The notes under the pieces are model-generated. The model made no database searches. It saw only the letters and a list, made by a program, of their open reading frames with translations, and was not told the origin of the DNA. Below, one piece after another: positions 8,410 through 14,841 of a stretch of DNA of 14,841 nucleotides. The position numbers were made by a program, and so were the translations under genes. Source of the stretch: an uncultured Deferribacteres bacterium (GTDB lineage Bacteria; Zhuqueibacterota; Zhuqueibacteria; Zhuqueibacterales; Geothermadaptataceae); assembly GCA_964014485.1 (NCBI GenBank), contig CAXHAT010000194.1, forward strand, positions 1-14,841. The letters run 5' to 3'. Positions within the stretch are counted from its first letter, which is position 1. Each line of letters starts with the position of its first letter.

Positions 8410-8952
8410 TTAGCGATCCTTCAATAAAAACGTCCAGACGCGGCCGTAGGGGTGGACGACGTCGGTTTCGCCTTCGCGGTCGTAGACTGAGCGACCGTCG
8501 TTGAACCATTGGAAAACGCCGCCGGTTAAATTAGCCAACGAGGCAGCGCCTGCTTCCGTAGCCGCTTCGCCTACGCGGTCAATGAAAGCGGAGCTGCGGT
8601 ATCCGGCGGAGCAATAGAACACCAAATTTTTGCCGCGAATCGTGTCGGCGTAGGCCGTCATGAATTCTTCCGTGCTCATGTTCTCGTCCACGCGAACCGA
8701 GCCTTGGATGTGGCCGGTAAAATGCTCCTCCTTCAGGCGGGTGTCGAACAAGATGTAGTTTTCTTTTTCTTCTGACTCCATTGCGGCGGCGAGGGTCTCG
8801 GTGGAAATTTGGGGTACGGGATACTGATCTTCAATTTTCGCGACAATGGTGGAGAACGTCCACTCAGGATTCATCCCCACAAGCGCACCGCCGGTGACGA
8901 CGACCAGCAGAATGATCAGGACGGCGAGTTTTATTTTGTTGAGTAGTGACAT
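8410..8952 (-). CDS. Rhodanese-like domain protein with an N-terminal membrane anchor
   Basis: 180 aa. Hydrophobic N-terminus, ILFDTR..EE...GHIQGS, active-site loop VFYCSAGYRS, C-terminal NLTGGVFQW. Confidence 0.9.
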   Translation of the reverse strand: MSLLNKIKLAVLIILLVVVTGGALVGMNPEWTFSTIVAKIEDQYPVPQISTETLAAAMESEEKENYILFDTRLKEEHFTGHIQGSVRVDENMSTEEFMTAYADTIRGKNLVFYCSAGYRSSAFIDRVGEAATEAGAASLANLTGGVFQWFNDGRSVYDREGETDVVHPYGRVWTFLLKDR

Positions 8953-8976
8953 GCGATTTCCCTTCGGTCTAGGCGT

Positions 8977-9067
8977 GCGCCCTCTTTTGTCATTCAGGAG
9001 GAATCCATTTTGCCTATTTCAAGGGTTAAGCAAAATAGATTCCTCCTGAATGACAACAAAAGAGCGC
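8977..9067. repeat. Long inverted repeat with GTCATTC...GAATGAC ends (shortened REP-like doublet); possible 3' hairpin of the S9 peptidase mRNA
   Basis: TTGTCATTCAGGAGGAATCCATTTTGC (8987-9013) vs the reverse complement of 9030-9056 (26/27). Extends imperfectly to GCGCCCTCTTTT / AAAAGAGCGC. Confidence 0.85.
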
Positions 9068-9087
9068 TTTGGGTAAACAGGGGTATT

Positions 9088-11136
9088 TTAGTTCCCGCTG
9101 GTGGGTTCTTCCATTTTCTTTTCTTCTTCTTTCTCACGTCCGAGGTGCCTTTCGAACCAAGTCATGATCCGGTGCGATACGTCCATGAGAAACTTCGGCT
9201 CGCGCGGGCCATGCGGGGTGCGCGGGTAGACCACCATTTCCGTCGGCACGCCCCGGCGGTCGAGCGCGTTGAAAAATTCCTGTCCTTGCGCAAAAGGCAC
9301 GCGCAAATCCTGAGCGCCGTGAATCACCTGCGTCGGCGTGACCACGTTTTTGATGCGGTACATCGCTGAGTGTTTTTCGTAGGTTTCATAATCGTCCCAG
9401 AATTCGCCGCCGAAATGCCCAACGAGGTAGTTGGGAATGTCCGTCGTCGTGACCATGCTGATCAAGTTCGGCAGACCCGCGCCCATGCTGGCGGCCTTGA
9501 AACGATCCGTACGCGTGACGGCAAACGAGGTCATGTAGCCGCCGTAACTCCAACCCATCAGGCACAAGCTGTCCGGGTGGCCCACGCCCATGTCGATGAC
9601 CTTGTCCACGCCCGCCATTAAATCTTCGAAATCGCCGAAGCCCCAGTCCTTAAAGTTGGCGTAGCGAAATTCTTTGCCGTAGCCGGTGCTGCCGCGCGGG
9701 TTGGGGCGGATGACGGCGTAACCGTTTTGTGCGAAATATTGCAGCATATAAATGCTCGGATTGCCGGTAAACGTCTGCGAATAAACGCCCGCCGGGCCGC
9801 CGTGCACGTTGAGAATCAACGGGTATTTCCGGCCTTCTTCATAACCCACCGGGTAGGTCAAAATCCCTTCGATTTCCATGCCGTCCTTCGATTTCCAGGA
9901 GACGACTTCGGATTCTCCCATGGCCGGGCGCGGCGCATCGTCGTTTACGCTGGAGAGCTTTTTCATTTGCGGCTTTTTAACTGACGAGAAATAAACTTCG
10001 CCGGGCTTATCCATACTCTGGAAGGTAAAAGCAAAGTTCGCTGCGTTTTGATCGAAAGAAAACGAACCGTACGCCCCGTCGCCCTCGGTCACCAGAAAAG
10101 CCGCTTTGCCGTCAACTGGAACGCCGACAAGATGGCGGGAAGTGTTGACGGCCTCACCCACGTAAATCGTTTTGGAATCGCCCGACCAGCCGACAATGCC
10201 TGCGCTGCGGTTCGGTGTATCGCTCAATTTTTTGGGCTCACCGCCGGCTGCCGGAATAACGTAGACGTCCGCCAGGCCGATGGGCTCGGGCTGGCCGCCC
10301 TGTGCGGCAAAGGCGATCCACTTGCCGTCGGGAGAATAGCGCGGGCTGCGATCACCGCCGCCCCAAGTCACTAACGGCGTGACGTCGCCGCTGTCGGAAG
10401 GCACGGACGAAATATTGCTGTTGCTGCGTCCGGTGTTAATGCGCGGATCGTCTTGATGCTGAAAAGCAATGGTCTGACCGTCCGGCGACCAGTCGAAGCT
10501 TGTCACGTGGAAATCGCCGGAAGTCAGTCGCTGAACGTCGTGTTTGCCGGAGTCGTTCTCGGCGACGGTCACTGTGTAGAGATGATTGTATTTGAAATTT
10601 TGGTTGACGAGAATGACGTCGCGCTTTTCCTTTTTCGCCTTCTTTTCTTCCTTTGTTTCTGGATTACGCATCAAAAAGGCAATCTTGGAACCGTCCGGCG
10701 ACCAGCGGTAGGAACCGACACTGTTTTCTGCTTCGGTCAATTTGACGGCCTCGCCGCCGTTCACGCGCGCAAGCCAAATTTGGCTTTTTTTGCCGCCGCG
10801 CGACGAGGTGAACGCCAAATGCTTGCCGTCCGGCGAAAAGCTTGGGCTGGTCGCGGATTTCTCTCCCTGAGTGAATTGAAAATTGTAGGAGCCGTCGGTC
10901 GCGGCCATCCAAATGTGGGTGAGATATTCAGATTTTTCCCCTTCCATCACCGGCTTGCGTACCTGGTAAGCAACGCGCTTGCCGTCGGGAGACGTCGCTG
11001 TTCCGGAAACGCCGAGATAATTCATGCTCAATTCCGGCGTCCAGCGGTCTTCGCTCTTTTTCTCTTCAGCGAAAATTGATTGTGAAAAAATTAAACAGGC
11101 GGTGATAAAAAAACAAAAAACTTGGCGCGTTTTCAT
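9088..11136 (-). CDS. Secreted S9 family serine peptidase (dipeptidyl aminopeptidase/acylaminoacyl peptidase-like)
   Basis: About 682 aa from ATG 11136 (GGAG RBS at 11143-11146). Signal peptide ending SIFA-EE, repeated SPDG beta-propeller blades, VHGGP, NPRGSTGYG, nucleophile GWSYGG, Asp in HGAQDLRV, His in RTPHG. Confidence 0.95.
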   Translation of the reverse strand: MKTRQVFCFFITACLIFSQSIFAEEKKSEDRWTPELSMNYLGVSGTATSPDGKRVAYQVRKPVMEGEKSEYLTHIWMAATDGSYNFQFTQGEKSATSPSFSPDGKHLAFTSSRGGKKSQIWLARVNGGEAVKLTEAENSVGSYRWSPDGSKIAFLMRNPETKEEKKAKKEKRDVILVNQNFKYNHLYTVTVAENDSGKHDVQRLTSGDFHVTSFDWSPDGQTIAFQHQDDPRINTGRSNSNISSVPSDSGDVTPLVTWGGGDRSPRYSPDGKWIAFAAQGGQPEPIGLADVYVIPAAGGEPKKLSDTPNRSAGIVGWSGDSKTIYVGEAVNTSRHLVGVPVDGKAAFLVTEGDGAYGSFSFDQNAANFAFTFQSMDKPGEVYFSSVKKPQMKKLSSVNDDAPRPAMGESEVVSWKSKDGMEIEGILTYPVGYEEGRKYPLILNVHGGPAGVYSQTFTGNPSIYMLQYFAQNGYAVIRPNPRGSTGYGKEFRYANFKDWGFGDFEDLMAGVDKVIDMGVGHPDSLCLMGWSYGGYMTSFAVTRTDRFKAASMGAGLPNLISMVTTTDIPNYLVGHFGGEFWDDYETYEKHSAMYRIKNVVTPTQVIHGAQDLRVPFAQGQEFFNALDRRGVPTEMVVYPRTPHGPREPKFLMDVSHRIMTWFERHLGREKEEEKKMEEPTSGN

Positions 11137-11262
11137 GACGATCTCCAGCAAAATTCAACATCAAGCGAACGGTTATGCCGGAAGATGAGTATTGGCGAGA
11201 AAAAAACAAGTAAAGCGGGACTGAATGAGACGAAAATCCGAGAAGAAATCGAAGGTTGGGAG

Positions 11263-11301
11263 AAAAATCGTAGAGACGCAATGTATCGCGTCTCTACGAT
11301 T
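11263..11301 (-). repeat. GTAG-type REP palindrome, probably also the intrinsic terminator of the cytochrome cluster
   Basis: GTAGAGACGCAATGTATCGCGTCTCTAC (11270-11297), extended by AATC/GATT. On the - strand it lies about 10 nt after the stop at 11310 and runs into TTTTT. Confidence 0.8.
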
Positions 11302-11309
11302 ATCACGTT

Positions 11310-11954
11310 CTACTGCAATGTCAGCATGTAGTCGACAACCATTTTTCGTTGCTCTTCGGTGAGCTTATCTTCGAAGCTGGGCATATCCGTGTCCGGGGAA
11401 AACTGACTTGGATCGACAAGGTTTTTCATCAACCATTCCGCGTCTTTTTGGGCGCCGATGCGGTTCAATTCCGGCCCGGAATCACCGCCCTCTCCGGCGA
11501 CCATATGGCAACGGCTGCAATTACCCGCGAACAGCATGCCGCCGTTGACGATATTCGCTTCCATCTCGCTGATTCTCTTCTTTTCGTCAGCAGAGGCGTC
11601 AAACAAAAACGCACTCAACACTTTGGCCTCTGCACGATGAACGCGACCAATGCTGGAAGCCGTATTTCGGCGCGGCTCACGCAGCGTCGGCTTGGAGTGC
11701 TCGCCAATGTGAATCATGAACCATTTTCTGTCAGAGTCGTTGCGATTGGATTTCATCGCCGTCAATTTGCCGTCGTTTTCAGCGCCGAGGGTATGACAAG
11801 AGCCGCAATCTTTTGTCTGATACAACCCGAGTCCGCCAATTTTGTTTGCGGTTAGATCGCTGTTGCCGCCCTCTTTGGAAAAGGCGAAAAATAAAGCTGA
11901 GACAAGCAGCGTGAATGCAAAAAAACCGAGCATGTTTTTGCTTTTTCGATGCAT
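11310..11954 (-). CDS. Exported diheme c-type cytochrome
   Basis: About 214 aa from ATG 11954 (GGAG RBS at 11961-11964). Hydrophobic N-terminal segment, two CXXCH motifs (CGSCH, CSRCH). The C-terminal domain has class I features: GPEL, WL...LVDP, DMPSF. Confidence 0.88.
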   Translation of the reverse strand: MHRKSKNMLGFFAFTLLVSALFFAFSKEGGNSDLTANKIGGLGLYQTKDCGSCHTLGAENDGKLTAMKSNRNDSDRKWFMIHIGEHSKPTLREPRRNTASSIGRVHRAEAKVLSAFLFDASADEKKRISEMEANIVNGGMLFAGNCSRCHMVAGEGGDSGPELNRIGAQKDAEWLMKNLVDPSQFSPDTDMPSFEDKLTEEQRKMVVDYMLTLQ

Positions 11955-11976
11955 TTTGTTCTCCAAATTTTAACGA

Positions 11977-12420
11977 TTAATTGTTTTTCGCACCCGCTTC
12001 AATCCATTCGCGGACGGCGTCAATTTGCGCTTGCGTAAGCGAACCGCCGAGCGGCATTTGGGCGCCCTGAATTCGGCTGTCGTTGGTAATCTTCATAAAC
12101 AAGTACGAGTCATCTGCATTGCCTGCGACAACGCGCTTGAAGTTCCCGTCAAAAACCGCGTCAACGTCGACAAGATTGCTAAACGCCTGCCCGGCTTGCA
12201 AATTCAAGCCAAGCGATGCATTTGCGCCCAGGTGGCAGCCGGAGAGCGCACAACTCTGGTTAAAGACAGACGTCTGAAGATCGGAAAGCGTGGTTTCATT
12301 GTTCTGCGGATTTTCGTCAGGCGCGGCGGGGATATCGTGCTCGCAAGCGGTTAGAAAAAGGCTCGCGAACATTGCGAATCCGACCAAGCTCCCTGCGCTT
12401 TTGATATGCTTCAAAGTCAT
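11977..12420 (-). CDS. Lipoprotein with a cytochrome c-like domain (CX4CH; planctomycete cytochrome c-like)
   Basis: About 147 aa from ATG 12420 (GGAG RBS). Lipobox FLTA-C, then CALSGCH, SYLFMKI, QMPLGG and the C-terminal IDAVREWIEAGA. Confidence 0.82.
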   Translation of the reverse strand: MTLKHIKSAGSLVGFAMFASLFLTACEHDIPAAPDENPQNNETTLSDLQTSVFNQSCALSGCHLGANASLGLNLQAGQAFSNLVDVDAVFDGNFKRVVAGNADDSYLFMKITNDSRIQGAQMPLGGSLTQAQIDAVREWIEAGAKNN

Positions 12421-12435
12421 CAAATATTCTCCAGG

Positions 12436-13692
12436 TTAGAATGGGTAATTCAAGGTTCGATAAATATTAAATCCTAATCGCATATCGCCGTTGGCAAAAT
12501 CAAAATTGCCGCCGCTCATATATTGATTGCTTGTCGCACCGAGTGAGTTCGAGACAAAGACCTGGAAGACGTGCCCGCCGACGTGAATTTCAACGCCGCC
12601 AGTGAAAGCGTCGTAAAAAACCTGGTCCGTACCGGCGTCGTTCAGCCCGAGAATGCCAAGCGTTCCCGCGCCGTCGGAACCGCCAATAATGGGAACGGCT
12701 TCTACAAAGAATGCATAGTTTGAGCTAAACTTAATTTTCCCCGCCAAGCCAAGTGTGATCAGCGCTTCTTCATCGTCAGCGTTGACATTGCCGTTGAGCA
12801 GAATTCCTGGAACGGCCAAAAGCGAGAAATCGCCGAATTGCTTGCTCACCGGAGCCTGCGCAAAAAAAGAAAACCGCTCGCCCGCCGTTCTATCCAACGC
12901 CGGGCCTTCCGGGTTGGCCGGATCGGGTAAACCTGACGCTGTTTGCCAATCGAGTCCGGTGTAAATCGCCGCAGAAATCGGCGTCGAGCCGTCGTTCTTT
13001 TGCTGCAAAAACCGCCATTTTGCGCCCAATTCAAAAGTTGCGTTGGCGCCGGAGCGTTCCAGGTTCAGGCTAAAATCATTCGACAATGGAAAAGCGACCT
13101 GGGTCGTCATGAACGCGCCGCCGTCAAGGCCGAAAAGCGCGTCAAAGCCGGAATCAACGGCGTTGTTGAAACGATGCGCCACGCGGTACATGAATCCGCC
13201 CTTGGGCACAGTTTGCGTTGTCGGAAGATTCGCACTCGTCCAGCCGGGAAACGCCATCGCATATTCGCGCTTTGGCTTTTCTTTTGAACCGGAACCCATC
13301 GACGCGATCCAGTCTGCGATGACCTTGACGTCTTCGTCGGTCAGCGGTTCTTCGCCGCGCGGCATACGACCGCCCTTAATGCCTTCATCGCCGCGAATTT
13401 TTTTGATGAGATAGCTGTTTTCCGGATCACCTGGCTTGATGATGACGGATCCAGGCATTCTGCTGTTCACGTTGACAGAAGCGGCCAAAACCGCGCCGCT
13501 AGTCATGTCATAATTCGCCTTGGCGTTTGCGCCGGCGTGACAACCAGAAAATGCACAGCTTTCTTCAAAAATTTCGTTCACTTCTTCGGGAATTTCACCT
13601 TGCGCCAAGAGCGCGGCTGGAAACAAAACGATTGTCGCCCACAATATTGCGGCGCGCTTCAACCCCACTTTCGACATTCTCGAAACGGACAT
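12436..13692 (-). CDS. Cytochrome c-like domain (CX4CH) fused to an outer-membrane beta-barrel (DUF5777-like)
   Basis: About 418 aa from ATG 13692 (GGGAGG RBS). Signal peptide ending ALLA-Q, then CAFSGCH, PGDPENSYLIKKI, RMPRG, IADWI. The rest has N-P-T-Q-T, VAHRF, LFGLDGGA, KWRFLQQ and GVEIHVGGHVFQVFVSNS, and ends in the amphipathic strand RLGFNIYRTLNYPF with a terminal Phe. Confidence 0.82.
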   Translation of the reverse strand: MSVSRMSKVGLKRAAILWATIVLFPAALLAQGEIPEEVNEIFEESCAFSGCHAGANAKANYDMTSGAVLAASVNVNSRMPGSVIIKPGDPENSYLIKKIRGDEGIKGGRMPRGEEPLTDEDVKVIADWIASMGSGSKEKPKREYAMAFPGWTSANLPTTQTVPKGGFMYRVAHRFNNAVDSGFDALFGLDGGAFMTTQVAFPLSNDFSLNLERSGANATFELGAKWRFLQQKNDGSTPISAAIYTGLDWQTASGLPDPANPEGPALDRTAGERFSFFAQAPVSKQFGDFSLLAVPGILLNGNVNADDEEALITLGLAGKIKFSSNYAFFVEAVPIIGGSDGAGTLGILGLNDAGTDQVFYDAFTGGVEIHVGGHVFQVFVSNSLGATSNQYMSGGNFDFANGDMRLGFNIYRTLNYPF

Positions 13693-13724
13693 GCATTCCT
13701 CCCTGGAGATCAAGTTTAGAACTT

Positions 13725-13752
13725 GTAGAGACGCGATGCATTGCATCTCTAC
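13725..13752. repeat. GTAG-type REP palindrome, second copy
   Basis: GTAGAGACGCGATGCATTGCATCTCTAC. Its reverse complement matches 11270-11297 at 26/28 positions. Confidence 0.85.
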
Positions 13753-13793
13753 CACAGGCTTAGGTTAAATTGGAAAATCGGCGGCATTGTATC

Positions 13794-14192
13794 CTATTCC
13801 ACGACAATCACGCCGGTCGCGCCAGTAATGCTGCAGTAATAATCGAATGATCCGACCGTCGGGAAAGTGTAAGGCGTTTGATCCGGCTTTTCCGCGTTCC
13901 AGGTCTCACCGGGACGAATGTTGCCGGAGACAAAAATATTTCTCGGATCCATCGGCGTGCCGCTTTCCACGCACCAGATTTTATCGTCGTTGTTGGTCCA
14001 TTTTACGCGCGTTCCAGCGGAGACCGTCAGTGTTCGCGGCTCAAATCCACTGCTGGTGATAAACACCTCGTTATCGTCACGGGTTCCCGGCAACTGCAGC
14101 GGATTTTCAACATCGCAATGAAAATTGAAAAACGCGCCGACGACGGCCAGGAGTAAAAGTAATAACTTATTTCGAGTTTTCATCCTGCTCAT
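13794..14192 (-). CDS. Cupredoxin (plastocyanin/amicyanin-like) fold protein, probable lipoprotein, with a degenerate type 1 copper site
   Basis: 132 aa (alternative ATG at 14183). Basic N-terminus, hydrophobic stretch, then Cys. Fold motifs GFEPRTLTVSAGTRVKWTN, SGNIRPGETW, YTFPTVGSFDYYC, TGVIVVE. Confidence 0.82.
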   Translation of the reverse strand: MSRMKTRNKLLLLLLAVVGAFFNFHCDVENPLQLPGTRDDNEVFITSSGFEPRTLTVSAGTRVKWTNNDDKIWCVESGTPMDPRNIFVSGNIRPGETWNAEKPDQTPYTFPTVGSFDYYCSITGATGVIVVE

Positions 14193-14213
14193 CCTGAATT
14201 TGGTGAAACTTCT

Positions 14214-14238
14214 GTAGGGCGAATAATTTATGATCGCC
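14214..14238. repeat. Possible decayed GTAG-type REP remnant
   Basis: GTAGGGCGAATAATTTATGATCGCC: GTAG followed by GGCGA...TCGCC arms. The closing CTAC is missing. Confidence 0.35.
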
Positions 14239-14251
14239 GATTATTTTTCAA

Positions 14252-14280
14252 AGTGTAAATTGCCGACATATTAACGCCAA
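14252..14280 (-). promoter_or_regulatory. Possible sigma70 promoter for the cupredoxin/cytochrome cluster
   Basis: On the - strand: TTGGCG (14280-14275), 17-nt spacer, TACACT (14257-14252). Confidence 0.3.
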
Positions 14281-14283
14281 CAA

Positions 14284-14841
14284 TCACGCAACGCCTTCCT
14301 CAGCAAGGGACTTTTCTTCATTTTCAAAGCGCTCCGAAACTTCCGCCCATAGCAATAGCTTGTCGTCCAACAAGGCCGTCACGTCGTTCAACCGCTTCGA
14401 TTTTTGCGGGAATTCAACTTGATCCGCGATCACCTCCGGTCGGCACAACGCTTCGGTCAATTCCGCTTTTTCCGTTTCAAGATTTGAGATTTCCTTCTCA
14501 ATCGCCGCCAATTGATCTTGCAGCGGCTTCAATCTCTTTCGACGTTCTTCGCGAAGCCGCGCGCGCTCTTTTCGATCCAGCTTCTTGTTCGCGGCAGGCA
14601 AAGTATTCTCGGAAACGACGGGGGCGCCATTGTTCGATTCAGGCTCAACCGCTTGCTTCTCCTGCGACTTCTTCCAAGTATAGTACGAATAATCGCCGGG
14701 ATACTCGCGCAAGCGGCCTTCAGTAATTTCGACCACCGAAGTGGCGATTCCATCGATAAATTTGCGGTCGTGACTGATAAAAAGAATTGTGCCTTCAAAC
14801 TCGCTCAGGGAATCCTGCAAAATTTGGCGCGCCTGAATATC
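14284..14841 (-). CDS. ABC-F family ATP-binding protein (Uup/YheS-like), 3' part; the 5' end lies outside the window
   Basis: The frame is open to the window edge: DIQARQILQDSLSEFEGTILFISHDRKFIDGIATSVVEI...YPGDYSYY, followed by a C-terminal coiled coil (LAAIEKEISNLETEKAEL...LLLWAEV). Confidence 0.9.
   Translation of the reverse strand, partial: DIQARQILQDSLSEFEGTILFISHDRKFIDGIATSVVEITEGRLREYPGDYSYYTWKKSQEKQAVEPESNNGAPVVSENTLPAANKKLDRKERARLREERRKRLKPLQDQLAAIEKEISNLETEKAELTEALCRPEVIADQVEFPQKSKRLNDVTALLDDKLLLWAEVSERFENEEKSLAEEGVA

Noticed and set aside
8410..8952. Rhodanese as a sulfur-donor partner of SUF or part of the defence pair
   Set aside because: It is separated from suf by about 4.4 kb, converges on the TPR gene, and is probably exported or membrane-anchored, whereas SUF is cytoplasmic. 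Nothing in the sequence links them.
13693..13755. N-terminal extension MVEMQCIASLQ... of the barrel gene
   Set aside because: It is a translation of the GTAG REP palindrome. ATG 13692 has a strong GGGAGG RBS and precedes the signal peptide.

Overview
Bacterial window, probably from a diderm of the FCB superphylum such as a KSB1/Calditrichota-like organism (weak inference from gene content and repeat types). Left: the sufBCD Fe-S assembly operon on the - strand, with a near-consensus sigma70 promoter overlapped by a repeated TGTACA operator-like site. Divergent from it is a + strand gene pair: a ~963-aa TIR + STAND NTPase + TPR-like protein (NLR-like, probably anti-phage) and a signal-peptide/TM/TPR protein 6 bp downstream. 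The sensor region of the NLR-like gene has alternating AT-rich and GC-rich patches and two in-frame repeat-derived insertions. Further right on the - strand: a membrane-anchored rhodanese, an S9 peptidase, and a four-gene envelope redox cluster (cupredoxin-fold lipoprotein lacking most Cu ligands; CX4CH cytochrome c fused to an outer-membrane beta-barrel; CX4CH cytochrome lipoprotein; diheme cytochrome c). The window ends in the 3' part of an ABC-F ATPase gene. Most of the longer spacers hold a palindromic REP/REPIN-like element, from at least five distinct sequence types, several with compensatory base changes. The best candidates for an undescribed system are the barrel-cytochrome cluster and the TIR-STAND-TPR pair with its patchwork sensor. 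All protein calls come from motif recognition, not database searches.
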